Assembly: GCA_963827235.1 (NCBI GenBank)
Contig: CAWHAE010000015.1
Location: 89,230 to 153,229 of the forward strand
Length of the DNA stretch: 64,000 nucleotides
DNA from: an uncultured bacterium
GTDB taxonomy: Bacteria; Chloroflexota; UBA5177; JANWHV01
Reading direction: 5' to 3'
This document shows positions 43,876-54,964 of the stretch, piece after piece (position 1 is the first letter of the stretch; each line of letters begins with the position of its first letter). The position numbers and the translations under genes were made by a program. Under the pieces are notes generated by a model that worked only from the letters and a program-made list of their open reading frames with translations, was not told the DNA's origin and made no database searches.

Positions 43876-46482
43876 ATGCAGGGCTTGCGCCGCGTGCCGG
43901 AGGGGCTGCTCGAGTTCGCCTGGCTGGTCACGCTGCTCGCCGTCCCCATCTACTTCAACGTGGACGACGTGCGCGCCTTCGAGCCCGATAAGGCCTATCT
44001 GCTGCGCGACTGCGCGGCGCTGATCGCCGTCCTCGCCCTGCTCGCCTTCGCCCTGCGCCTGCTCTGCTCTGCGGTGTCCGCCGATCTGCCGCGCAACGAT
44101 CCGCCCGGCCCACGGTCCGTTTCGCGGGCCTCGTGGCGCTTCTGCCGGCGCCGGCCTACTCTGCTCCCCATGCTGGCCCTGGCCGCCGTCGTCCTGCTGG
44201 CCACCGCCGCCTCCATCCTGCCCTCCCTGAGCTGGTACGGCTCCTACGCCCGCGCCCAGGGCGCCCTCACCACCCTGGCCTACCTGGTGGTGGGCCTGGC
44301 CGTGCTTGCCTTCCTGCGCCGGCCCGGTCAGGTGGAGCGGCTGGGCACGGCGATTGCCCTCAGCGGCGTTGCTCCCGCCTGCTACGGCTGGGTGCAGCAC
44401 TTCGGCGCCGATCCGCTGCGCTGGCAGCAGTCCGACCTGTCCGCGCGCGTGCCCGGTACCATGGGCAACCCCATCTTCCTCGGTGCTCTCCTGGTCATGA
44501 CTATTCCCCTGGCGGCATATCGCCTGCTGCTGGCCGTACGGCCCCAAGGCACCATCCTGCCGCCCGCGGCGGATCCGGGTGCAGCGCCGCTTCGAGCATC
44601 GGGCACCCAGCCCGGGCATGCTCCTGCGCCGGTACCTTCCGCCGAGGGCACGGCAAGCCGCTCGCGTCCATCCGCGTCGTTCGTGCTCCAGCCGCGCTTC
44701 TGGATCGCCCTGGGCTGGGCTGCCATTCTGATCGTGGAAGGCGGCGCCCTCATATTCACCAAGAGCCGGGGTCCCTTCGCCGGGTTGCTCGCCGGGCTGG
44801 CCGTGTTCGCCGCCAGCCTGTCCTTCATGTGGCACCTGCACACTCTCCGTCGCCTGGTCGGCCCCGCCGCCGTCGCCGCCGCGGCTGTGCTGCTGGCGGT
44901 CAGCCTGCTGGGACACGGCAGCCAGAACGGCACGCTCCGGCTGCTGCAGTGGAATCCCGCCGCCTCCGGCTCCTCGGAAGTGCGGCTGGACATCTGGGGA
45001 CCGGCCCTCTCGCTCATCCCCAAGCGGCCGCTGCTCGGCTGCGGTCCAGACGCCCTTACCTTCTGCTACTACCCGGTTTACCCCACCTCCCTGCGCCACG
45101 TGGAGGCGCCGAACGCCATGCCCGACCGCATGCACAACATGTTCCTGGATGCTGCCGTGGAGACCGGTCTGCTCGGTCTTGCCGCCCTGCTGGCTTTGCT
45201 CGGCGTCACCCTTGCCACGCTGGCGCGTCTGGCCCGGCTCGCCGCCACGCCGCGCCAGCGCCTGTTCGCCGCGGCGGCGCTGGCCGCCCTGGCAGGGCAC
45301 GTGGTGGAAGGCTTCTTCGGCATCGAGATCGTGGCCACCCAGCTGCTGACCTGGCTGATCTGCGGCGCGGCCGGAGCCATGGCTGTCATGGCGGCAGATC
45401 CGGCCACCGCCGGCGAGTCTGCCGTGGTGACCGCCTCCGAGCAACCCCTGCCGAGTGGGCGAGGCAGACGCGGCTCTCGTGCCGCGGGCGGTCGGCACGC
45501 TGCTGCCACCCGGCCACGGCCCGATTCAGTCCGGCGCGTCGCCGCCGCCCTGGTGCTGGCGGCCTGCGTGGCCGCTCTGTTCGGCGGCTGGCGAGTGGTG
45601 CGGCTCGGCGCCTCGGCCACGTCGGCCGACTTGGCTGCCGCCGGGGCCGCCGACCTGGAACGAGCCGCCCTGGGCAACTCGGGCCAGCAGCCCCTGCCGC
45701 CGGGAGTGCACGCGCAGCCGATCCTCGCCCTTCGCCAGTTCGCCGCCGCCGTGGCGCTGCGCAACCAAGCCATTGCCGATGCTCCCTTCGAAGAGGAGTA
45801 TTTGCTGGACGCCGGCACGACCTACGTGAACTGGGCCCAAGCGGCGGCAGACCAGGGCGAGGTGGCGGCCCAGCAGGCGCCGGACCTCTACGTGCAGGCG
45901 TTGGTGGACTTCGGCAAGGCCGCGCGCATGAATCCCTACAACCCCGACCACCTCCGCAACACCGGCAAAGCCTACGAGCGTTGGGCCGGGCTGGGGCACG
46001 ATGCGAGCCTGCCGGCTACCTGGAATCAGGCCCTGCTGCAGCGTGCCGCCGACGCCTTCGCTCGCGCCGCCGAACTGGCGCCGCACCATCCCGACCCCCT
46101 CACCTCCTGGGCGGAAGTGGCGATCTGGCAGAGCCGTCCCGCCCAGGCCATCAGCCTCGCCGATCGCGCGCTGGCCCTGGACCCGCGCGACGGCGACGGC
46201 TACCGGCTGCGCGCCCAGGCGGAGCTGGCCCTCAACCGGCGGCAGGCCGCGCTCGCCGACTGGCGCCGGGCTCTGGCCGACCCCCAGGTCGAGCACCGCG
46301 GTGAGACCGCGGCGAGCCTTGCCCTGGCGGAGGCCACCTGGGCCCACCAACGCTGCCGCGCGGTCGCCGATGCAGGGGCCGCCCTGGCCGCGGGCAGCGT
46401 CACCATCTCCGGCACGGCCTCCATGCACGAGATCGTGCACGTGGACGGACCCCTCTGCCCGCACGGGGGACGCTCCGGGTAG
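43876..46482 (+). CDS. O-antigen ligase (Wzy_C) family membrane protein with C-terminal TPRs
   Basis: GTMGNPIFLG, TKSRG, RPLLGCGPD, DRMHNMFLD; many TM segments; TPR-like tail. Confidence 0.85.
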   Translation: MQGLRRVPEGLLEFAWLVTLLAVPIYFNVDDVRAFEPDKAYLLRDCAALIAVLALLAFALRLLCSAVSADLPRNDPPGPRSVSRASWRFCRRRPTLLPMLALAAVVLLATAASILPSLSWYGSYARAQGALTTLAYLVVGLAVLAFLRRPGQVERLGTAIALSGVAPACYGWVQHFGADPLRWQQSDLSARVPGTMGNPIFLGALLVMTIPLAAYRLLLAVRPQGTILPPAADPGAAPLRASGTQPGHAPAPVPSAEGTASRSRPSASFVLQPRFWIALGWAAILIVEGGALIFTKSRGPFAGLLAGLAVFAASLSFMWHLHTLRRLVGPAAVAAAAVLLAVSLLGHGSQNGTLRLLQWNPAASGSSEVRLDIWGPALSLIPKRPLLGCGPDALTFCYYPVYPTSLRHVEAPNAMPDRMHNMFLDAAVETGLLGLAALLALLGVTLATLARLARLAATPRQRLFAAAALAALAGHVVEGFFGIEIVATQLLTWLICGAAGAMAVMAADPATAGESAVVTASEQPLPSGRGRRGSRAAGGRHAAATRPRPDSVRRVAAALVLAACVAALFGGWRVVRLGASATSADLAAAGAADLERAALGNSGQQPLPPGVHAQPILALRQFAAAVALRNQAIADAPFEEEYLLDAGTTYVNWAQAAADQGEVAAQQAPDLYVQALVDFGKAARMNPYNPDHLRNTGKAYERWAGLGHDASLPATWNQALLQRAADAFARAAELAPHHPDPLTSWAEVAIWQSRPAQAISLADRALALDPRDGDGYRLRAQAELALNRRQAALADWRRALADPQVEHRGETAASLALAEATWAHQRCRAVADAGAALAAGSVTISGTASMHEIVHVDGPLCPHGGRSG

Positions 46483-46769
46483 GGACCTCCGTCGGCGACC
46501 TAGCGGTCTGCGCGCCCAGTCGATAAGCCCGAGCGCCGGGGCCTCCCGCGACACCTCCCGGGCGCGCAGCCGGCGCGCTCCCTGCCATACGACCGTGGTC
46601 GGAGGCTCCGCACTATGCCCAGGACCGCAATCCCCCCCTCTGCTGCGATCGCAATCGGAGGCAACCGTTCCCCGCCGCACCACACCCGCGACCCACTGCG
46701 ATGGGTTCCCCGGCCGGCCCCGTCCCTGCCATCTTGCCGCGGCTGGAGGCTTCCGTCCCCCGGTCGTCG

Positions 46770-47921
46770 TCAGTCGCCCGGGCCGATGCCGTAGAGACGC
46801 AGGGCATTGCGGCGCAGCATGCTGGCGCCCGCCGCCTCCGCTTCGCGGAGCGACAGGTCGCCTTGCGCTACGATCTCGCCCAGGACCTCTCCCACGATGC
46901 GCCTGCCCTGCCGGGCACTCAGCCAGTGGAACTCCGGCAGGCCCACGCCGTCCGAGCTGTACAGCAGCTTCGACGTGGGGGCGGTGCCGAAGGCGGCACG
47001 GGTGAACGATGCCATCTCGCCCGAGCCGACGAAGGGGATGCCGTACGACAGGTCCAGGTACGCATTGCCGTAGACCGCCGCCAGGTAGGCACCTTCCCGC
47101 GTGTAGGGATAGCACTCGTGCAGCAGTACGATCGGCATGGCGCGATAAGCCGGCTGTTCGAACACGGCGCGCAGATGCAGGGGATTGGCCTTCAGCATGT
47201 CGGCGTCCGTGTCGCCATAGCCGACGTGGAGCTGCATCGGCACCTCCTGGCGCGCCGCCTCTTTGAATACCTCGTGCAGCAGGGTGTCGAGCAGCGGCTT
47301 GTGCGTCAGTCGCACGGCGCCGTCGCGGATCGCCTCGCTCCGCGTCTGGCGGAACGAAGCGTCCACCTCGTCGGCGGACCAGGTGCGGATGTCGAGCCCG
47401 CTGCGATAGGCCACGATGCTCTTCAGGCCCACGTATCCGCCACCGCGCACGTCCCCCAGCGCCGCGTGCAGGGCCTCGATCACCGCGGCGAGCGTGCCGT
47501 GCTCGGCGATCAGGTCCTGCATCAGCAGCTCGACGCGCAGGATGGAGAAGGTACGGCAGCCGCCGAGGCTCGCCAGCTCGGACAGGGGCAGGGCCTGGTC
47601 CGGCGGCGGCAGGCCGCGGTCCAGCAGCAGCGCGTCGAAGCGTGCGGCGCGCCACAGATCGCCCACCAGCTCGCGCGGCTCGCGGGCCAGCCTGATCGCC
47701 AGCACCGTCTCTTCGTCGGGCTCGCAGTCCGCGTGCACGGCCAGCTCGCGAACCATGCGCCGGTACGACAGCGTGCCGGCAACGTGATCGCGCCGTATCT
47801 CGGCGTCGTACGATTCCGTGAAGCGGGCTCGCCATTCGCCGGCGTCCGCCGGCCCGCGAAGATACACGTTGTGACAGTGGTTGTCGACGACCGGGACGTC
47901 CGATAGATCGATTGCCGCCAT
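46770..47921 (-). CDS. Amidohydrolase family protein (FluG/NodGS N-domain-like)
   Basis: VDNHCH, GLKSIVAYRSGL, QLHVGYGD, LLHECYP, KLLYSSDG. Confidence 0.88.
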   Translation of the reverse strand: MAAIDLSDVPVVDNHCHNVYLRGPADAGEWRARFTESYDAEIRRDHVAGTLSYRRMVRELAVHADCEPDEETVLAIRLAREPRELVGDLWRAARFDALLLDRGLPPPDQALPLSELASLGGCRTFSILRVELLMQDLIAEHGTLAAVIEALHAALGDVRGGGYVGLKSIVAYRSGLDIRTWSADEVDASFRQTRSEAIRDGAVRLTHKPLLDTLLHEVFKEAARQEVPMQLHVGYGDTDADMLKANPLHLRAVFEQPAYRAMPIVLLHECYPYTREGAYLAAVYGNAYLDLSYGIPFVGSGEMASFTRAAFGTAPTSKLLYSSDGVGLPEFHWLSARQGRRIVGEVLGEIVAQGDLSLREAEAAGASMLRRNALRLYGIGPGD

Positions 47922-47935
47922 TTCAGTTACCTCTG

Positions 47936-49291
47936 CTAGAACTTATAGAAGTGATGGCGGATCTCGAAGTCGGTGTCCTGAGCGGAGAACACCGCCGCCT
48001 CCGAGCGGCGGATGGCGAGGTAGGAGCGGCGCATCATCTCGCGCATCGACTCGAACACCACGGCATCGCGCTCCAGCTCGTCAAGCCCTTCGGACATGCT
48101 GGTGGGCAGGCGACGAACGCCGTTGCGCTCCCGCTCGCTCTCGCTCAGCTCCGCCGGATCGTGCTGGCAGGGATCGCCCGGATCGAGCTTGCGCTCGATG
48201 CCGTCCAGTCCGCAGGCCAGCAGGCCGCCGAGGGCGATATAGGGATTGGCGCTGGCGTCCACCGGCTTGAGCTCCACGTTGCAGGTCTCCTCCTCCCTGC
48301 CCCAGAAGGGCGAGGCCACGCGCACGGCCGCTTCCCGATTGTCGAAGCCCCAGGCGGTGAAGGCGGAGCTCCAGGCGTGCGGCTGCAGCCGGCGGTACGA
48401 GTTGTAGCTGGGACAGGTCAGGGCGATGAGCGCCGGAAGATGGCGCACGATGCCGGCCACGAAGTGCCGCCCCGTGTCGCTGAGTCCGTGCGTATCGCCC
48501 GGATCGAACATCAGGTTGCGCCCGCTCTGCCGATCCCACAGGCTGATATGGATGTGGCAGCCGCTGCCGATCGCTTCCAGGAAGGGCTTGGGCGCGAAGC
48601 TGGCGATCAGCCCGTGCTTGGCGGCCACGCCGCGCACGGTATCGCGGAACTTAATCTGGTTGTCGGCCGCGCGCACGCCGGGCGCGTGCCGGATCACGAT
48701 CTCCTGTTGGCCCGGACCGTACTCGTTGATCGCCGTCTCCACCACCAGACCCTGGCTCTCGAGAGCGGCGAGAATGGCGTCCGTGAGCTCGGCGAACTGG
48801 TCCAGGCCTATACTGCTGTAGCAGGGTACCTTGTCGAACGGCACGTAGGTGCCGTCTTCCCCCTGCCGCGCCAGGTAGAACTCGTTTTCGAACGCCGCCT
48901 CCACGACGATGCCCAGGCGCTCCGCCCGCGCCAACATCGACTTGAGGTAGGACCGCGGACAGGCACCCCAGTCTTCGTGTTCGTGGTCGAGCAGGTCGCA
49001 CAGCACGCTCGCGCTCGAGGGTGTCCACGGCAGCACCGAGAACGTGTCGAGATCGGGGACGACACGGATCTCGCCCACGGGCTCCATGCCCTCGATCGTG
49101 ATGAACTCGTCGAGCAGGTTGAGCGCCATCTGCGCGCGGGTCAAGCCGATGCCCTCGCGCAGCTTGGCAGCCAGGTTGGCCACGTGCGCGGTTTTGCCGT
49201 GCGTCACCCCGCTGTGATCGCAGTAGAGGAAGCGGACCAGGCGCACTCCGGCTTCCTTCGCCGCGGCCACGATTTCGTCGTCAGTCACCAC
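47936..49291 (-). CDS. Glutamine synthetase-like protein (probable gamma-glutamyl-amine ligase)
   Basis: ENEFYL, EYGPGQQE, FAPKP, GSGCHIHISLW, NSYRRL, WGFDNREAAVR, DASANPY. Confidence 0.9.
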   Translation of the reverse strand: MVTDDEIVAAAKEAGVRLVRFLYCDHSGVTHGKTAHVANLAAKLREGIGLTRAQMALNLLDEFITIEGMEPVGEIRVVPDLDTFSVLPWTPSSASVLCDLLDHEHEDWGACPRSYLKSMLARAERLGIVVEAAFENEFYLARQGEDGTYVPFDKVPCYSSIGLDQFAELTDAILAALESQGLVVETAINEYGPGQQEIVIRHAPGVRAADNQIKFRDTVRGVAAKHGLIASFAPKPFLEAIGSGCHIHISLWDRQSGRNLMFDPGDTHGLSDTGRHFVAGIVRHLPALIALTCPSYNSYRRLQPHAWSSAFTAWGFDNREAAVRVASPFWGREEETCNVELKPVDASANPYIALGGLLACGLDGIERKLDPGDPCQHDPAELSESERERNGVRRLPTSMSEGLDELERDAVVFESMREMMRRSYLAIRRSEAAVFSAQDTDFEIRHHFYKF

Positions 49292-49317
49292 ATGCTCTCC
49301 TACACTACCGCGCCGCC

Positions 49318-50480
49318 TCACCAACCGGCGTAGGCGGCAAGCTTCTCATCGGGAAATCGTCCACCCTCCACGTCGGCGAGGGCCTGGTCGATGATAGCCA
49401 GTCCTTGCTCGGCCTGGGCGCCGGTCATGATCAGGGACGGCGTGATCTCCAGCACATTGGAGTAGATGCCGCCGTAGAACAGGATCAGACCGAGCTCCTT
49501 GCAGCGATTGACGAGCTTGGCTGCCTCTCGCGCTGCCGGCTCTTTGGTGGCACGATCGCGCACCAGCTCCACCCCAAGAATCATGCCCTTGCCGCGCACG
49601 TCCCCGATCAGCGGGTGCCGGCGCGCCAGCGCCTGCAGGCCGTCGAGCAGATCCAGGCCGACACGGCGCGCGTTTTCCACCAGGCCATGGCTCTGAATGT
49701 AGTCGAGGGTGGCCAGGCCGGCCGTGCAGCTCACGGGATTGCCCGCCACGGTATACATGTTGATGGCGGCGCCGACGTCCAGGATCTCGGCTCGACCCAC
49801 GACCGCGCTGAGGGCGGCGACGCCGGAACCGATGGACTTGCCCATCGCCACCGCGTCCGGCGTGACGTTCCTGTGCTCGAAGCTGAACATCTTGCCCGTG
49901 CACCCAAAGCCTACCTTCACCTCGTCGAACAGCAGCATGATGCCGTGGCGCCGGCACCTCGCCTCGAGCGCCGGCACGAAGTTGTCCGGCGGCACCACGT
50001 CCCCGCCGTCGCTCTGCACGCCTTCCGCGATCACCGCCGCCGTATCGCCGGGCGGGCAGATAGTGCGGAAGATGTAGTGCTCGATATAGTCGAGGCAGCG
50101 CAGCGAGCAGCCGCCGCTGTCGCAGCTTCCGAAGGGGCAGCGGTAGCAGTAGGGATAGGACACCTTCACCACGTTGCCGCCGCCCATCACGCGCGCCTGC
50201 GCCGTGTGGCCGCTCAAGGCGGCGGAGCACCCGGTCTGCCCGTGGTAGCCGCCGATGAACGAGAGCATGCGGGGCCGGCCCGTGGCCATGGGCACCAGCT
50301 TGGAGAGCGCGTCGCAGGCGTCCGAGCCGTGCAGGCCGAACCAGGCCTTCTTGGCAAACTCACCGGGCATCAAGGCAATCAACCGCTCGGCCAGCTCCAC
50401 GGACGGCGCGTTGGCGATCGCCGTGAGGGTGGCAAACGAGGTCTTGCGCATCTGGGCAATCACGGGGTCGAGAATCTGGG
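49318..50480 (-). pseudogene. Class III aminotransferase (GabT-like), 5'-truncated
   Basis: GGYHG, EGVQSDGG, FDEVKVGFG, MGKSIGSG, DVRGKG; lacks the usual N-terminal segment. Confidence 0.82.
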
Positions 50481-50851
50481 AAATAGGTGCCTGCGGCGAC
50501 CGATTCGGTTGCCGCGCCCATGGCCCAGGCCAGCCAGTAGTTCCATCCGGTCAGAAAACCGGCGAGCGGTCCCAGGGCGTCGCGTGCGTAGGTAGCAAAC
50601 GAGCCCGCGACGGCCGCGGTCGGGCTGCTGACGGAGAGCTCGGCCAGGCAGGCCATCACCGCCAGGCTGACCAGACCCACGATGGCGAAGGTGATCACCA
50701 CCGCCGGACCGGCGATGCTGATTGCCGATCCCATAATGAGGAAGAAGCCCGAGGCAATGGTGCCGCCCACCGACAGCATGATCAGGTGGCGCAAATGCAG
50801 ACGGCGCTTGAGGTCGGTTGGTGCTACGTACGCACTATCGTCCGTGGCCAT
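50481..50851 (-). pseudogene. APC amino-acid permease, N-terminal fragment only
   Basis: LKRRLHLRHLIMLSVGGTIASG...GPA...LAEL...GWNYW; homology stops after about 125 aa. Confidence 0.85.
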
Positions 50852-51544
50852 GACGGGCTGTCTCCATTCAAAGAACCGCTCAAGCCGATCGCCGAAGCAA
50901 TGAATTGCCCTAAGAGCAGCCGTGGATCGCGATCGGTTGCCGGATCGTCCGGCCGCAGTATGCGCGGAAGGCGCACGCCGGCACTGGCCGTGATACCTTC
51001 GGCCGAGACCGCTGCGACTCTGCAACCCGGCTCGTACGGTGAGCAGAAGACTGGGGCGAGTGAATTCGCCGCCTGGGACGCGCAGGACGGCAAAAACGCT
51101 GCTTATGACACAAAAGCCACTCTTACTTCGAAGAGCGGCCTCATCGCCGGTTGCGCGTACACGTGCCCTCGTGTACCTGACGGCTCCCTGGCACGCTAGC
51201 TTGAGAAGACGATAGCAGCGGAGGTTTGCCTTGTCAAGGCCGGCCGCGTTCCCCACGGCGTCGCCCGACTCAGGCGGCGGATAGGCGCCGCCACCTTCGG
51301 GATCGTGGCCATCGTTGCCCCTCTCGGCAGGCAGATCTGGGACCGCGGTCTTCCTGGCCGCCACCATCCGGAACGCCACTCAGCCCGGAACCGCGGCCAT
51401 CCTGGACACCCTCGCCGGGCAGATCTAGGACCGCGGCCATCCTGGCCGCCCTCGTCACGCCTGCCACTCCGCTCGGGTCCGCGACCTCTACCGGCCCTGC
51501 ACGGTCGAAGCCCTGCCGCTATCCCTCTCGAGCCGCGCGGTGTG

Positions 51545-52729
51545 TCACGCGCCGCCGGCCAGGGCCTGCTGGAGATCGGCGATCAGGTCGTCCGGGTCCT
51601 CGATACCCACGGAATAGCGCACGAGGCCTTCGGGAATGCCCATTGCCGCCCGCTCGGCCGGGGACGACTCGACGTGGCTCGTGGTGGCCGGCGGGCCGGC
51701 GACCGTCTCCACGGCGCCCAGGTTGGCGGCCAGGTGCGCCAGCCGCAGCCGCGGCAAGACCTCGCGCACGGCATCAAGGCCGCCATCCAGCATGAAGCTG
51801 AGCACACCCCCGAAGCCGCGCATCTGCCGGCAGGCGATGGCGTAGCCGTCGTGATCCTGCAGACCGGGGTAGAACACCCTGGTCACGCGCGGTTGTGTCT
51901 GCAGGAACCCGGCGATGCGCAACGCACTGGCGTTCTGCTGCCCGACGCGAAGCTGCAGCGTCTTGAGGCCGCGGATCAGGAGGTAGGCGGCCATGGGGTC
52001 GAGCGTCGCGCCGGTGATCTCGCGGTAGTGGAAGATCCGTGCCACCAGGTCGCGTCCGCCGCAGACCACGCCGCCCAGGGCGTCGGCGTGGCCGCCCAGG
52101 AATTTGGTGGCGCTGTGCAGCACGAGGTCCGCCCCGAGAGCCAGCGGGCTCTGATTGATCGGGGTAGCGAAGGTGTTGTCGACCACCACGGTCGCGCCGG
52201 CCGCGTGTGCCGCCGTCGCCAGGCGAGCGATGTCCACGATCTTGAGCGTTGGGTTCGTGGGGCTTTCCAGGTAGAGCACGCGACAGCCGGCCAGGATGGC
52301 ACCCTCGATCGCCGCGTGATCGGTGGTATCGCACAGGGCGACCTGCACCCCGGCTCGCGGCAGGAACTCGAGAAACAGCTTGTTGGTGCCGCCGTAGGTA
52401 TCTTTCACCGAAACGACCCGGTCCCCGGGCTGGAGCAGCGTGAAGAGGGTGTTGCTGATCGCCGCCATGCCCGTGGCAAAGCTCGTGGCCGCTTCCGCTC
52501 CTTCGAGCAGCCGCATCTTCTCTTCGAAGACGTGCATGGTGGGGTTCGTGTTACGGCCGTAGACGTGACCCGCGCGCTCTCCGCGTGCTACCGCCAGCCA
52601 ATCGTCCACGTCGCGGTAGCCGAAGGAGACGCTGTGCACCACGGGAACCTGGGTAGCGCCCTGCATCAGGTACTCGTCCTCGCCCGACCATACGGCCCGG
52701 GTACTCCAGCCAAGCTCACTGTCGTCCAT
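51545..52729 (-). CDS. Cys/Met metabolism PLP-dependent lyase (cystathionine gamma-synthase/lyase family)
   Basis: YGRNTNPT, FATGMAAIS, ESPTNP, DNTFATP, HSATKFLGGH, NLGAVE, SVGIED. Confidence 0.92.
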   Translation of the reverse strand: MDDSELGWSTRAVWSGEDEYLMQGATQVPVVHSVSFGYRDVDDWLAVARGERAGHVYGRNTNPTMHVFEEKMRLLEGAEAATSFATGMAAISNTLFTLLQPGDRVVSVKDTYGGTNKLFLEFLPRAGVQVALCDTTDHAAIEGAILAGCRVLYLESPTNPTLKIVDIARLATAAHAAGATVVVDNTFATPINQSPLALGADLVLHSATKFLGGHADALGGVVCGGRDLVARIFHYREITGATLDPMAAYLLIRGLKTLQLRVGQQNASALRIAGFLQTQPRVTRVFYPGLQDHDGYAIACRQMRGFGGVLSFMLDGGLDAVREVLPRLRLAHLAANLGAVETVAGPPATTSHVESSPAERAAMGIPEGLVRYSVGIEDPDDLIADLQQALAGGA

Positions 52730-52900
52730 AGCGGCATCTCCTGCAGTCACACGCACACGTACGAAACCGGAAGCAAGCATAGCATGCCGCGAGGAGGGTC
52801 CGCCGAGCAGGCCAGTGACTACAGCCGACCAGATCCAGACGTACGTGCTCGATCACTCCTGTCGTTGGCTCCGGGATCCTGTCCCTCACCGTCGCCTGAC

Positions 52901-53135
52901 TCAGCATCCATCGGTCGGCGCGATCCAGATCCGGCCGGGTGGGAACAAACAGTCGAGGATCGGCACAAGATCGTCAGGTATCTCCTGATCTGGCTGGCTG
53001 GCCGCCCAGGAGGCGGGACGGTATCCGAATAGGAGCTGGACGAACGCAGGGCGGCTCAGGACGATCTGCCGTGCTTCGACCAAGCCAGGCTCCAAGAGCC
53101 TGACGTCGACTGGGCTGACCTCCAAGGCCGGTACG
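52901..53135 (-). pseudogene. 3' fragment of a probable GNAT/Eis-like acetyltransferase, truncated at the start of the right Rhs arm
   Basis: FVQLLFGYR...ILDCLFP resembles GNAT/Eis-like C-termini; abuts rhs homology at 53143. Confidence 0.5.
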
Positions 53136-53142
53136 TCGTCCC

Positions 53143-54964
53143 CGACGGCCTGGGCGACAGGCTGCGCGCCTACGACGCCTCAAGTGGCACACCGGTGCTC
53201 ACCAACTACGCCCAGGACCTGGAGACCGGCATGGCCGACCTGGTCTCCGACGGCAGTGCGGACTACGCCTACCTGCTGAATCCGGGCAGCGGCCAGGCGC
53301 CGCTGGCAGGCTACACCCTGAGCACCCAGCGCAGCACCACCCTGGGCACCGACCTCCTGGGCAGCGTGCGCCTGGTCACCGACCCCACGGGCGCCACCAT
53401 CGGCGCCGGCGCGTACGACGCCTGGGGCAACGCGCGGCCCAACCCGGACACGTCCACCGGCTCCGGCGCCACCCTCCTCGCCGGCCTCCTGGGCAGCCAG
53501 CCGTTTGGCTATGCCGGCCAGTACTACGATGCGGCAGCCGGCACGTACGACATGCGGTCACGGGAGTACAGCCCGACGCAGGGGCAGTTCGAGAGCGTCG
53601 ATCCGCAGGCCTACGATCCGCAGGTGCCGGTGACGATCGACCCCTACCAGTACGCGCGGAACGTGCCCACGGACGTGACGGACGCGAGCGGGCAGGGATG
53701 GGCCGTGTACAGCGGTGCTACCACGCAGGACGAGGATCTCATCAAGGAACGTATCGAGACCGACTTCCTCTCTCATGACACGACCCACAGCAGCATGGCG
53801 GACGTGACGCTCCCCATGCCGGACAACGCAGGTCACCTGGTGGGGCCTGCTCACGCTGATCTAGTGAGCATGGACCCGATGCCCTATCAAGGCAGCGTTT
53901 ACGGCGAGATGTACGACATCGTCAACATCGACTACGACATCGGTTCGCGCCTGGACATGAACCTCCTTGGTCTCAGTGCCGCGCAGCGTGGACTGTCCTG
54001 GCATCGGGGCACCGAGTGCGTGGCAACACCGCATGTCAGCCTGCAGCGAGGCAAGAGCTACCCCCTGTCAACCGGCGATGAACTCAGCGGCAGGCGCTTT
54101 GTGTTCAGCGCATTTTCGCAGTTGCTTGTGTCCACGGCGTCCGATGTATACCTGGTTCTCGCTTCTCAACAACTCCCTGGTATCATCGGCTACCGGGTGT
54201 GCAAGCTGGTGCCAGGCGCCGGGAATGCGTGCGCAGTCCCCACGCCGGGCAACGTGGCTCCCGTAAGCGCCTGCCCACTGGGCGTCTCCGTGCTCGCCTG
54301 CGCCATAGACATGGTGGCGTTCGGTGGCGTGTCAGAGTGCCCAAGTAGTGACCACTGGTGTCAGGGCCGCGCATTGCTCGGCACGCTCATAAATGCGTTA
54401 CCGATCAAGGTGATTTCCGCGTTGTCCGCGACCGGCAAGGTAAGCCTCTTCGCGGACAGTGCGCTGCTTGACTCGGATACCGCTGACGGCGTGGTAGCGG
54501 ACCTGCGAGCTGAGACCAACGTAATTGTCACGAGCAACGACAGAAGCGAACTCCTCGGTCAGGCGGAGCGCGATGAGCTGAAATCCTCGCTGTCCAAGGG
54601 AGCGAGACTCAAGGCGACTAGTATGACCAGGGAAGCTCGGGCCGTGCAAATCGTGAAACAAGATTTCCCCGGTGCAAAGATACTCACGGAGCGATACATT
54701 CTGAATTCAAAAGGGAAGAAGATCATCGATGCAGCGGACGAGCAGGGCAGACGTCTGGACATCGTGGTCGTACAGGATAAACAAGTGATTGCGATCCGAG
54801 AGGTTACAACGCCAGGTCAGGCAGCCAACAAGAATCCTCAGCTTACAAGAACAATTCGCATACGCAATGCAGGCGACGTATATGTTCGGGACCCGCAAAC
54901 TGGGAAGCTCATACCGATACCACCGCCGCCCGAATCACCCGAGAGCCTCTTGGTGCTGCCATGA
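53143..54964 (+). pseudogene. Orphan Rhs cassette E (inverted copy of cassette B tip)
   Basis: Short core arm from DGxGDRLR; protein after DASG identical to cassette B. Confidence 0.88.

Noticed and set aside
43303-46304. Long ORFs 43303-45498 (-) and 44133-46304 (+)
   Set aside because: They overlap the clear Wzy_C/TPR gene and have Arg/Gly/Pro-rich off-frame composition
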